Source of the DNA: Alphaproteobacteria bacterium
GTDB lineage: Bacteria > Pseudomonadota > Alphaproteobacteria > SHVZ01
NCBI GenBank assembly: GCA_016869375.1
Contig: VGEH01000002.1
Coordinates: forward strand, 2,044 to 66,043
Direction: 5' to 3'
Length of the DNA: 64,000 bases
Below the pieces are notes generated by a model. It saw only the letters and a list, made by a program, of their open reading frames with translations, did no database searches and was not told the DNA's origin. Each line of letters opens with the position of its first letter. Within the stretch, counting starts at the first letter, position 1. This document shows positions 8,413-18,243 of this stretch, in pieces. The translations under genes and the position numbers were made by a program.

Positions 8413-9251
8413 GCCTTCGCCGTCCCGAGATAGGCGGCGATCACCGCCGGGTCCTGCTGCACGGCGGCCGGCGTGCCCTCGCAGATCTTGCGGCCGAAAT
8501 TGAGCGCGACGACGATCTCGGAGACCGACATCACCAGCCCCATGTGATGCTCGACCAGCAGGATGGTGATGCCGTGGTCGTCGCGGATCTGGCGGATCAG
8601 ACGGCCGAGCTCGGCGACTTCCTCGTGATTGAGGCCGCCGGCGGGCTCGTCGAGCAGGAGGAGCTTCGGGCGCATCACCAACGCCCGGGCCAGCTCGACG
8701 CGCTTCTGGGTTCCGAACGGCAGTCCCGCGACCGGGCGCGCAGCCACCGAACCGAGGCCGAGATAGTCGATGATCTCCTTCGCGTCGCGATTGAGGTTGC
8801 GGTCGCGCTCGCGCACGGCCGGCAGGCCGAGCGCATCGCTGAGGAAGTCGCTCTTCGTGCGCGTGTGGCCGCCGACCAGCACGTTGTCGAGAACCGTCAT
8901 GCCTTTGAACAGCGCCAGGTTCTGGAAGGTGCGGCCGATGCCGATCTCGGCGATGCGGTGCGGCGGACGGCCGAGGATCGACTCGCCCTCGAACTGGATG
9001 TCGCCGGATGTCGGCGTGTAGAGGCGGCTGAGACAATTGAACAGCGTCGTCTTGCCGGCGCCGTTCGGGCCGATCAGCCCGAGGATGCGCCCCGTGGGCA
9101 AATCGAAGGTGATGCCGTCGAGCGCGACGATGCCGCCGAAACGAACGACGACGTCGCGGACCGAAAGCAGCGGTCGCGCCCCATCCGATACCACCATTGC
9201 CGTGGGTCGCGACGCTTCGGCGACCAACCCGGATGCTCCTTGCAAGACCAA
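8409..9251 (-). CDS. ABC transporter ATP-binding protein (LivG-like)
   Basis: Walker A GPNGAGKTT, LPFGTQKRVELARAL, Walker B LLLLDEPAGG. The start may instead be Met19 (9197). Confidence 0.88.
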   Translation of the reverse strand: MVLQGASGLVAEASRPTAMVVSDGARPLLSVRDVVVRFGGIVALDGITFDLPTGRILGLIGPNGAGKTTLFNCLSRLYTPTSGDIQFEGESILGRPPHRIAEIGIGRTFQNLALFKGMTVLDNVLVGGHTRTKSDFLSDALGLPAVRERDRNLNRDAKEIIDYLGLGSVAARPVAGLPFGTQKRVELARALVMRPKLLLLDEPAGGLNHEEVAELGRLIRQIRDDHGITILLVEHHMGLVMSVSEIVVALNFGRKICEGTPAAVQQDPAVIAAYLGTAKA

Positions 9252-9285
9252 TCCTCCCCAACTCTTTCTTTTTGAAGACCGACGG

Positions 9286-10116
9286 CTACTGATGGCCGAG
9301 CAGCACCTCCACGCTGCGCACCATGTTGACCAGGCGCGGACCGATGTCGTTCTCCAGCCGATCCTTCGACAGCTGGAACGACGGCGCGCCGCAGTTGAAG
9401 GCGATGATCGGCGAGCCGTCCGCCGGAATCAGCGGCACGCCGACGGCGTTCACATCGGCCTTCCATTCGCCGATCGACATGGTGAAGCCGCGCCTGGCGT
9501 AATCATCGAGGCCCCGCTCGATGCCGGCGCGGATCTGCCGCCAGCGCTCCGGCTCGCGCTTGGCGATGAACTCCATCAGATGCGCGCGCTCATTCGCCGG
9601 CAGGCCGGCCAGCAGCGCGCGCCCCATCGAGGTGGTGGCGATCGGCACGCGCGAGCCGAGATCGAGGCGCAGCGTCACCGCGGCATTGCTGCGGCAATAC
9701 TCGATGTAGATGAGGCTGAGACGGTCGCGGCTGCCGAGCGCAACCGAGGCGCCGGAATAGTCGGCGAGCTCCTGCATGGAGGGGCGCGCGAGCTGGCGGA
9801 TGCCCATGTTCGAAAGCACGGCATAGCCCAGCGCCAGCGCTGGCGCGCCGAGCTGATATTTGCCGAGCCGGTCCGAATAGGTCAGGTAGCCGAGCTTGGT
9901 CAGCGTGTAGGTGAGCCGCGACACCGTCGGCTTCGGCAGGCCCGTGGCGCGCGCGATCTCCTGATTGCCGAGCAGAGCGTGGTTCGGCGCGAAAGCACGC
10001 AGCACTTCGAGGCCGCGTGCCAGGGACTCGACGAACTGGCGATCGCGCGTCGGCGTGCCTGCGTGGCTGCTTGCCTCGCGCGCGCGCGTCAGCCACTCCG
10101 TGCTGCCTGTGGTCAT
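9286..10116 (-). CDS. IclR family transcriptional regulator
   Basis: Start at MTTGSTEW (cat 10114-10116). N-terminal wHTH LGNQEIARATGLPKPTVSRLTYTLTKLGYL plus an IclR effector domain. Divergent from the beta-oxidation operon. Confidence 0.88.
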   Translation of the reverse strand: MTTGSTEWLTRAREASSHAGTPTRDRQFVESLARGLEVLRAFAPNHALLGNQEIARATGLPKPTVSRLTYTLTKLGYLTYSDRLGKYQLGAPALALGYAVLSNMGIRQLARPSMQELADYSGASVALGSRDRLSLIYIEYCRSNAAVTLRLDLGSRVPIATTSMGRALLAGLPANERAHLMEFIAKREPERWRQIRAGIERGLDDYARRGFTMSIGEWKADVNAVGVPLIPADGSPIIAFNCGAPSFQLSKDRLENDIGPRLVNMVRSVEVLLGHQ

Positions 10117-10205
10117 TCCCTGCCGGTCGTCCCTGCCCAAACGCTCCCTCTCGTTCGGAGGGATTTACAGACGAGTACACTCCACCCTACGATCCACGTC
10201 AAATC

Positions 10206-10224
10206 TGCGAAACGCAATTTCGCA
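10206..10224. promoter_or_regulatory. inverted repeat TGCGAAA-N5-TTTCGCA in the divergent promoter region (candidate IclR operator)
   Basis: tgcgaaa (10206-10212) and tttcgca (10218-10224) are exact reverse complements. They lie about 32 bp upstream of the GTG start at 10256. Confidence 0.35.
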
Positions 10225-10255
10225 ATGCGGAACTAAGGGTAGGGAGACGCCGGGC

Positions 10256-12313
10256 GTGTCCAAAGCTTACGTGACGACCGACCGCAAAGGTTCGGTCGCG
10301 GTCCTTCGCCTCGACAATCCTCCGGTCAATGCGCTGGGTCATGGGCTTCGGCTCGGCATCGCCTCCGCGCTGGAGGCGGCCGAAGAAGATGCCGGCGTGC
10401 GCGCGATCGTCCTTGCCGGCAATGGCCGCTGCTTCTCCGCCGGCGCCGACATCACCGAGTTCGGCAAGCCTATCCAGGCGCCGACTCTCCACGACCTGAT
10501 CGCCGCGATCGAGGCGAGCCCGAAGCCTGTGGTCGCCGCGATCCACGGCACCACGCTCGGCGGCGGCCTCGAGCTTGCGCTCGCCTGCCACGCGCGAATC
10601 GCCGCAAAGGATGCGCGGCTCGGCCTGCCCGAGATCAAGCTCGGCATCCTGCCCGGCGCCGGCGGCACGCAGCGCGCGCCGCGCCTGATGGGCGCCGAGA
10701 AGGCGCTCAAGATGATCACCTCGGGCGACATGGTGCCGGCGGCGGATGCGCAGGCATCCGGTCTCGTCGACGAGGTCGCCTCCGGCGATCTGGTCGACGC
10801 CGCGGTCGCGCGCGCCGAAGCCCTCGCATCGTCGGGCGAGCTGCCGCGCATCCGCGACCGCTCGGTGCCCGGCGACAAGGCCGAGTTCGACAAGGCTGCC
10901 GCGGCGCTGACCGGAAAAGGCCGCGTGCTGCGCGCGGTCTCCGCCTGCGTCGAGGCGGTGAAGGCGGCGATCGAGCTTCCCTTCGAGCAAGGCCTCAAGC
11001 GCGAGCGCGAGCTCTTCATGGAGCTGGTGCAGAGCGACGAGTCCAAGGCGCAGCGCCACGTCTTCTTCGCCGAGCGCAACGCCGCCAAGGTCGCCGACAT
11101 GCCGGCGGATACCCAGGCGAAGCCCATCGCCTCGGCCGCTGTGATCGGCGCCGGCACCATGGGCGGCGGCATCACCATGTCGTTTGCCAATGCCGGCATT
11201 CCCGTGACGCTGATCGAGACGACCGAGGCGGCACTGAAGCGCGGCCTCGACGTCATCCTCGCCAACTACAAGCGCAGCGGCCGCACGCCGCAGGCCGAGA
11301 TCGACCGGCGCATGAGCCTGATCTCGCCGACCCTGGACATCGAGAAGGCTGCCGGCGCCGACATCGTCATCGAGGCGGTGTTCGAGGAGATGGAGATCAA
11401 GAAGGAGATCTTCACCAAGCTCGACCGCATCGCCAAGCCCGGCGCCGTGCTGGCCAGCAACACCTCCTATCTCGACATCAACGAGATCGCGGCACAGACG
11501 AAGCGGCCGGCCGACGTGCTCGGCATGCATTTCTTCAGCCCGGCGAACGTGATGAAGCTGCTCGAGATCGTCCGCGGCAAGGCGACATCGCAGGTGACGC
11601 TGGCGACCGCGATCGCGGTCGGCCGCAAGATCGGCAAGGTGCCGGTGATCGTCGGCGTCTGCGACGGCTTCGTCGGCAACCGCATGCTGGGCCAGCGCCT
11701 CAAGGCGACCGAGCAACTCCTGCTCGAAGGTGCCCTGCCGCACGAGATCGACGCGGCGGCGACGGCCTTCGGCTTCGCCATGGGTCCGCTCGCCGTCTCC
11801 GATCTCGCCGGCCTCGATATCGGCATGCGCGCAAGGCGCGCGCGTGGCGTGCGAGCGGCAGTGGCGGATGCGATCACCGATGCCGGCCGCTACGGCCAGA
11901 AGAACGGCAAGGGCTATTACCGCTATGACGAGGCGGACAAGCGGAAGCCCATCCCAGACCCGGAGGTCGAGAAGATCATCATCGAGGCCTCCGAGAAGCT
12001 CGGCATCAAGCGCCGCAGCATCTCCCGGGAAGAAATCATCCAGCGCCTCAACTATCCGATGATCAACGAGGGCGCGAAGATCCTCGAGGAAGGCATCGCG
12101 CAGCGCCCGAGCGACATTGACGTGATCTGGGTCTATGGCTATGGCTGGCCGGCCTGGCGCGGCGGCCCGATGCACCATGCCGACCAGGTGGGATTGAAGA
12201 AGATCCGCGACTGGCTCGCCGAGCAGGCGCGCAAGTCGGGCGACGCCTCGCTCAACCCGGCCCCCGTGCTCGACCGCCTCGCCCGCGAAGGGCGCGGCTT
12301 CGGTTCGGCATGA
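10256..12313 (+). CDS. bifunctional enoyl-CoA hydratase / 3-hydroxyacyl-CoA dehydrogenase (FadB/PimF-like)
   Basis: GTG 10256 (VSKAYVTTDRKGSVAVLRLDNPPVNAL), because the upstream ATG overlaps the iclR gene. Crotonase motif FSAGADITEF, NAD fold VIGAGTMGGGI, 3HCDH C-terminal domains. Confidence 0.88.
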   Translation: MSKAYVTTDRKGSVAVLRLDNPPVNALGHGLRLGIASALEAAEEDAGVRAIVLAGNGRCFSAGADITEFGKPIQAPTLHDLIAAIEASPKPVVAAIHGTTLGGGLELALACHARIAAKDARLGLPEIKLGILPGAGGTQRAPRLMGAEKALKMITSGDMVPAADAQASGLVDEVASGDLVDAAVARAEALASSGELPRIRDRSVPGDKAEFDKAAAALTGKGRVLRAVSACVEAVKAAIELPFEQGLKRERELFMELVQSDESKAQRHVFFAERNAAKVADMPADTQAKPIASAAVIGAGTMGGGITMSFANAGIPVTLIETTEAALKRGLDVILANYKRSGRTPQAEIDRRMSLISPTLDIEKAAGADIVIEAVFEEMEIKKEIFTKLDRIAKPGAVLASNTSYLDINEIAAQTKRPADVLGMHFFSPANVMKLLEIVRGKATSQVTLATAIAVGRKIGKVPVIVGVCDGFVGNRMLGQRLKATEQLLLEGALPHEIDAAATAFGFAMGPLAVSDLAGLDIGMRARRARGVRAAVADAITDAGRYGQKNGKGYYRYDEADKRKPIPDPEVEKIIIEASEKLGIKRRSISREEIIQRLNYPMINEGAKILEEGIAQRPSDIDVIWVYGYGWPAWRGGPMHHADQVGLKKIRDWLAEQARKSGDASLNPAPVLDRLAREGRGFGSA

Positions 12314-13974
12314 AACGGCCCTATCCCTGGGAAGCCTCCTATCCGCCCGGCGTGCGCTGGGACACGCCGATCACGACCACGACCATCAACGCGCTGTTCG
12401 AAAGCGCGGTCGCGCGCCACGGCAACCGCTCGGCGATCGAATACCGCGACCGCCAGATCACCTTCGCCGAGCTCGACCAGGCGGTCTCGCGTGCCGCATC
12501 CGGCTTCATGAAGCTCGGCATCAAGAAGGGCACAGGCATCGCGCTCTATCTGCCGAACACCCCGGATCATCCGATCTGCTTCCTCGGCGCGCTCCGCACC
12601 GGCGGCCATGTCGTCCACTTGAGCCCGCTCGATGCCGAGCGCGAGCTGGCGCATAAGCTGACCGACAGCGGCGCCCGCATCCTCGTGGTGCCCGACTTCC
12701 CGCAGCTTCTCGGCAATGCGCAGAAGCTGGTCACCGCAGGCCTGGTCGACACGCTGATCGTCGCCGAGCAGGCCGCCTGGGGACCGCTGCCGCAGCCGAT
12801 GCCGCCTGCGCCCGCCGGCGCCGTGACGCTGACCACGCTCATGAACGGCGAGGTGCCGGCGACGAAATGGCCAGAGGTCACCCCCGGCGATCTCGCGGCG
12901 CTCCAGTACACCGGTGGCACCACCGGCAGCCCCAAGGGCGCCATGCTGACGCACGCGAACTTCACCGCCGCGATCTCGACCTACAACATCTGGGCCGAGG
13001 GCCAGGACTCGTTGCGCGAGGCCGAAGACAAGGTCGTCGCCGTCCTCCCCTTCTTCCACATCTACGCGCTGACCGCGATCTTGATCCGTCACCTGGCGCT
13101 CGGGAACGAGATCATGATCCGCACGCGCTTCGATGCCGACACCACGCTGAAGGACATCGCCGAGAAGAAGGCGACGCTGATGCTGGGCGTGCCGACCATG
13201 TATATCGCCCTCCTGCAGCATCCCGAGATCGGCAAGCGCGACCTCTCCTCGCTCCGCATGATCACCTGCGGCGGCGCGTCGCTGCCGATCGAGGTCGAGC
13301 AGAAATTCGAGAAGATCACCGGCTACAAGGTCGGCGGCGGCTGGGGCATGACCGAGACCGCGCCGGCCGGAACCAACCTGCCGATCAAGGGCGACTACAA
13401 GCCGGGCTCGATCGGCATGCCGCTTCCGGGCATCGTCATGCAGGTGGTCGCGCTCGAGGATCCGCGCCGCATCCTCGGCCCCAACGAGAAGGGCGAGTTC
13501 CGCATCAAGGGGCCGAACGTGATGTCCGGCTACTGGAAGAAGCCGGAGGAGACCAAGGCCGCCTTCGTCGACGGCTTCTTCCTGACCGGCGACATCGGCT
13601 ACATGGACGAGCGCGGCTATTTCTTCCTGGTCGACCGCAAGAAGGACATGATCCTGTCGGGCGGCTTCAACGTCTATCCGCGCATCATCGAGGAAGCGAT
13701 CTACGAGCATCCCTCGGTCGAGGAAGTCGTGGTGATCGGCGTTCCCGACGAGTATCGCGGCCAGTCGGCCAAGGCCTTCGTCAAGCTGAAGACCGGCGCC
13801 ACGCCGCTCGCCATCGAGGATCTCCGCCAGTTCCTCGCCGACAAGATCGGCAAGCACGAGATGCCGACCCTGCTCGAGATCCGCGAGGCCCTGCCGAGGA
13901 CGGCGGTCGGCAAGCTGTCGAAGAAAGCCCTGGTCGATGAAGAGGCCCGCCGCCACGCGGGCAAGGGGGACTAG
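12310..13974 (+). CDS. acyl-CoA ligase, AMP-binding family (FadD/PimA-like)
   Basis: 554 aa. AMP-binding motif LQYTGGTTGSPKGAMLTH, plus GWGMTE, TGDIGYMDERGYFFLVDRKKD and PRTAVGKLSKK. ATGA overlap with the upstream gene. Confidence 0.9.
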   Translation: MKRPYPWEASYPPGVRWDTPITTTTINALFESAVARHGNRSAIEYRDRQITFAELDQAVSRAASGFMKLGIKKGTGIALYLPNTPDHPICFLGALRTGGHVVHLSPLDAERELAHKLTDSGARILVVPDFPQLLGNAQKLVTAGLVDTLIVAEQAAWGPLPQPMPPAPAGAVTLTTLMNGEVPATKWPEVTPGDLAALQYTGGTTGSPKGAMLTHANFTAAISTYNIWAEGQDSLREAEDKVVAVLPFFHIYALTAILIRHLALGNEIMIRTRFDADTTLKDIAEKKATLMLGVPTMYIALLQHPEIGKRDLSSLRMITCGGASLPIEVEQKFEKITGYKVGGGWGMTETAPAGTNLPIKGDYKPGSIGMPLPGIVMQVVALEDPRRILGPNEKGEFRIKGPNVMSGYWKKPEETKAAFVDGFFLTGDIGYMDERGYFFLVDRKKDMILSGGFNVYPRIIEEAIYEHPSVEEVVVIGVPDEYRGQSAKAFVKLKTGATPLAIEDLRQFLADKIGKHEMPTLLEIREALPRTAVGKLSKKALVDEEARRHAGKGD

Positions 13975-15174
<1,200 letters not shown>

Positions 15175-15180
15175 ACCAAC

Positions 15181-16329
15181 GTGGATTTCGATCTCTCCGA
15201 GGAGCAGCAGCTCCTCAAGGACAGCCTCGGGCGGCTTCTCGCCGATCACGGCTCCTTCGCGCAGCGCCAGAAGCACCGTAACGAACCGGATGGCTGGAGC
15301 CGCGCGCTCTGGGCCCTCTATGCCGAGCTCGGCCTGCTCGGGCTCCCCTTCGAGGAGAAGCATGGCGGCCTCGGCGCCGGCCCGGTCGAGACCATGGTGG
15401 CGATGGAGGCCTTCGGCCGCGCGCTCGCGCTGGAACCTTACCTCGCGACCGTGATCCTCGCCGGCGGCCTCATCCGTCATGCCGGCAGCGAGGCGCAGAA
15501 ATCGGCGCTGGTGCCGAAGATCGCCGATGGCAGCCTGATCCTCGCCTTCGCCCATGGCGAGCGCCAGGCGCGCTACGAGCTCGCCGATATCGCGACCACC
15601 GCGAAGAAGGACGGCGCCGGCTGGGTCCTCGACGGCGAGAAGGGCGTGGTCCTCCATGGCGACTCCGCCGACACGCTCATCGTCAGCGCGCGTCTCTCCG
15701 GCCAGCGGCGCGACCGCGACGGCATCGGCCTCTTCCTCGTCGACGGCAATGCTTCGGGCGTGACCCGCCGCCCCTACCCCACCGTCGACGGTCTGCGCGC
15801 GGCGGAGATCACCTTCTCATCGGTCAAGCTCGGCGCCGATGCCGTGCTCGGCACACCTGGCAAGGCGTTGCCAGCGATCGAGCGCGTGGTCGACGAGGCC
15901 ATCGCCGCCCTCGCCGCCGAGTCCGTCGGCGTCATGGCGGTCATGCACGAGGCGACGGTCGAGTACCTGAAGACCCGCAGGCAGTTCGGCACCACCATCG
16001 GCAGCTTCCAGGTGCTTCAGCACCGCGCCGTCGACATGCTGGTGGCGCTCGAGCAGGCGCGCAGCATGGCGATGTTCGCGACCATGATGGTGAGCGAGGA
16101 GAACGCCGCCGAGCGGAGCAAGGCGATGGCCGCCGCCAAGGTGCAGATCGGCCGCTCCGGCAAGTTCGTCGGCCAGCAGGCGATCCAGCTCCATGGCGGC
16201 ATCGGCATGACCAACGAATACAGCGTCGGCCACTACTTCAAGCGCATGACCATGATCGACACGCTGTTCGGCCCGGCCGAGCACCATCTGGCGCGGCTGG
16301 CGAAGACCGACGGGCTGGTGGAATCGTAA
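15181..16329 (+). CDS. acyl-CoA dehydrogenase (PimD-like small subunit)
   Basis: GTG start, 382 aa. RRQFGTTIGSFQVLQHR, LHGGIGMTNEY. Immediately follows the first ACAD gene. Confidence 0.88.
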   Translation: MDFDLSEEQQLLKDSLGRLLADHGSFAQRQKHRNEPDGWSRALWALYAELGLLGLPFEEKHGGLGAGPVETMVAMEAFGRALALEPYLATVILAGGLIRHAGSEAQKSALVPKIADGSLILAFAHGERQARYELADIATTAKKDGAGWVLDGEKGVVLHGDSADTLIVSARLSGQRRDRDGIGLFLVDGNASGVTRRPYPTVDGLRAAEITFSSVKLGADAVLGTPGKALPAIERVVDEAIAALAAESVGVMAVMHEATVEYLKTRRQFGTTIGSFQVLQHRAVDMLVALEQARSMAMFATMMVSEENAAERSKAMAAAKVQIGRSGKFVGQQAIQLHGGIGMTNEYSVGHYFKRMTMIDTLFGPAEHHLARLAKTDGLVES

Positions 16330-16336
16330 AGCACCC

Positions 16337-16355
16337 TGTTCCCGACACGGGAACA
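16337..16355 (+). terminator. short stem-loop after the ACAD operon
   Basis: tgttcccg / aca / cgggaaca, an 8-bp stem 8 nt after TAA 16327-16329, followed by the AT-rich tcctatattagatct. Confidence 0.4.
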
Positions 16356-16370
16356 TCCTATATTAGATCT

Positions 16371-16676
16371 GTGCAGGTCGTAGCCAAGCGCACCCTCGTC
16401 GCATTCTGGGAACGCAACCCCCAGGCGAGGAGCTCGCTCAGTGCGTGGCACCATATCGTCGAGAAGAGCAACTGGGCCGGCCCAGCCGATGTGAAAGCGC
16501 AATTCGGCGCCGCCGTGGACTTCGTTTCGGACAATCGACTGATCTACGATATCTCGGGAAATAAGTATCGGCTGATTGTCCACGTCTCGTACGTCTACAA
16601 GTCAGTGCTGATTAAATTCGTCGGAACGCACGCCGACTACGACAAGATCGATCCGGCGACCGTAAGGACCAGGTGA
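16371..16676 (+). CDS. higB: type II toxin HigB (mRNA interferase, HigB_toxin family)
   Basis: GTG start, 101 aa. VVAKRTLVAFWE...DVKAQF...GNKYRLIVHVSY...IKFVGTHADYDKID matches the HigB family pattern end to end. Locally lower GC. Confidence 0.88.
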   Translation: MQVVAKRTLVAFWERNPQARSSLSAWHHIVEKSNWAGPADVKAQFGAAVDFVSDNRLIYDISGNKYRLIVHVSYVYKSVLIKFVGTHADYDKIDPATVRTR

Positions 16677-17122
16677 TGGACAATATCCGCCCCATCGAGA
16701 CCGAAGCCGACTACGACTGGGCGCTCAAGGAGATTGCTCGGTACTTCAAGAGCGAGCCAGCCATTGGTTCGCCGGACGGCAAGCGTTTCAAGGTTCTACT
16801 CGGGCTTGTCGGTAACTACGAGAACAAGCGCTGGCCGATCGATGTGCCGGATCCGGTGGATGCCATAAGGCTCATGATCGATGCGAAGGCGCGAACACAG
16901 ACCGATCTCGCTGATGTGCTCGGCTCGCGCTCTCGCGCCTCGGAAATCCTCAACCGCAAGCGTCCCCTGACAATCGACATGGTGCGCCGGCTTCACGCGG
17001 AGTGGAAGCTTCCAGCCGACCTGCTAATCCGCCCATACAGAACGCAAGACATAGCTTTGCCGCGGCGGCCACCTAAGGCAAGGACGAAGAAGTCGCTCAA
17101 TCGCCGGCCAGCCGCTCGTTAG
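16676..17122 (+). CDS. higA: type II antitoxin HigA (XRE-type HTH)
   Basis: ATG 16676 shares its A with the higB stop TGA 16674-16676; GTG 16673 is an alternative start. IRPIETEADYDWALKEI...QTDLADVLGSRSRASEILNRKRPLTIDMVRRLH. Confidence 0.85.
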   Translation: MDNIRPIETEADYDWALKEIARYFKSEPAIGSPDGKRFKVLLGLVGNYENKRWPIDVPDPVDAIRLMIDAKARTQTDLADVLGSRSRASEILNRKRPLTIDMVRRLHAEWKLPADLLIRPYRTQDIALPRRPPKARTKKSLNRRPAAR

Positions 17123-17134
17123 GCGTACTCGTGG

Positions 17135-18115
17135 CTAGGCCCCCGCCGCCAGCACGGCGCGGCGCTCGTCCGTGGGCGTGCGGCCGAAGATGCGGCGGTA
17201 GCACTTGGTGAAGTGCGAGGCGGAAACGAAGCCGCAGGCCATCGCCACGTCCAGGATCGAAGCGCTGGTCTGGGTCAGGAGCCTCCGGCCCCGCTCCAGG
17301 CGCAGCTTCACGTAGTAGCCATGCGGCGTGGTCTTCAGATAGCGGCGGAACAACCGCTCGAGCTGGCGCGGGCTGAGCTCGACCGAGTCCGCGAGCTCGT
17401 TCATGTCGAGCGGCTCCTCGATCGCGTTCTCCATGCGGATGATCGTGGTGAGCAGGCGCGGATGCGAGACGCCGAGTCGCGTCTGCAGCTCCATGCGCTG
17501 GCGGTCGTCATGCTCGCGGATGCGCGGATGGATGAAGTTCTCGGCGACGCCGTTGGCGAGCGCGCGACCATGCTGGGCCGCGATCACGCTCAGCATCATG
17601 TCGAGCGCGGCAATGCCGCCCGAGCATGTCAGCACATTGCCGTCGATGACGTAGATGCCCGAGGTCGTCATCGCCGCCGGGAACTTCTCGGCGAGCGAGG
17701 CGACATGCTCCCAGTGCACGGTGCAGTGCTTGCCGTCGAGCAGGCCGGCCTTGCCGAGGATATAGGCGCCGGTCGAAAGCGCGCCGACCTTCACGCCCGA
17801 GCGCGAGAGGCGCCGGAGCCAGGCGAAGACGCGCTTGTCGTCATAGCCCTCCGGGTTGTAGCCGGCGCAGACCAGCATCATGTCGACTTGCGCCTGCTCC
17901 TCGAGGCCGCCATGGACATCGAAGCCGATGCTGTTGCTGGCGAGCACGCGCTCGCCGTCCCGCGAGAACAGGCGCCAGCGATAGAGCGTCGACTGCTTGA
18001 TGCGGTTGGCCGAGCGCAGCGGCTCCAGCGCTGCGGCGAAGGCCATCATCGAGAAATCGGGAATGAGAAAGAAGCCGACCGTGAAGATCTCGGCTTCGCC
18101 CCGGCCGCCGTCCAA
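17135..18115 (-). CDS. GlxA family transcriptional regulator (DJ-1/PfpI-like domain + AraC HTH)
   Basis: 326 aa. The only upstream in-frame start is TTG at 18115. N-terminal FFLIPDFSMMAF...SGGIAALDMML, C-terminal AraC HTH SASHFTKCYRRIFGRTP. Confidence 0.85.
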   Translation of the reverse strand: MDGGRGEAEIFTVGFFLIPDFSMMAFAAALEPLRSANRIKQSTLYRWRLFSRDGERVLASNSIGFDVHGGLEEQAQVDMMLVCAGYNPEGYDDKRVFAWLRRLSRSGVKVGALSTGAYILGKAGLLDGKHCTVHWEHVASLAEKFPAAMTTSGIYVIDGNVLTCSGGIAALDMMLSVIAAQHGRALANGVAENFIHPRIREHDDRQRMELQTRLGVSHPRLLTTIIRMENAIEEPLDMNELADSVELSPRQLERLFRRYLKTTPHGYYVKLRLERGRRLLTQTSASILDVAMACGFVSASHFTKCYRRIFGRTPTDERRAVLAAGA

Positions 18116-18187
18116 GCACCCTCTCCCTGGTCAAAATCCGACACAGGAGAGCATGGGCCAGGGGAAATGAAAATCCCCTCTTCTCGG

Positions 18188-18228
18188 CCGAAAGGGAAAG
18201 GGCGCGGAGGCAGCCAGCCTCCGCGCCC
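18188..18228 (-). terminator. intrinsic terminator downstream of the family-5 substrate-binding protein gene
   Basis: Perfect 12-bp stem gggcgcggaggc / agcca / gcctccgcgccc (18200-18228). On the minus strand it is followed by TTTCCCTTTCGG. Confidence 0.75.
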
Positions 18229-18243
18229 GTCGAAAATACGACC

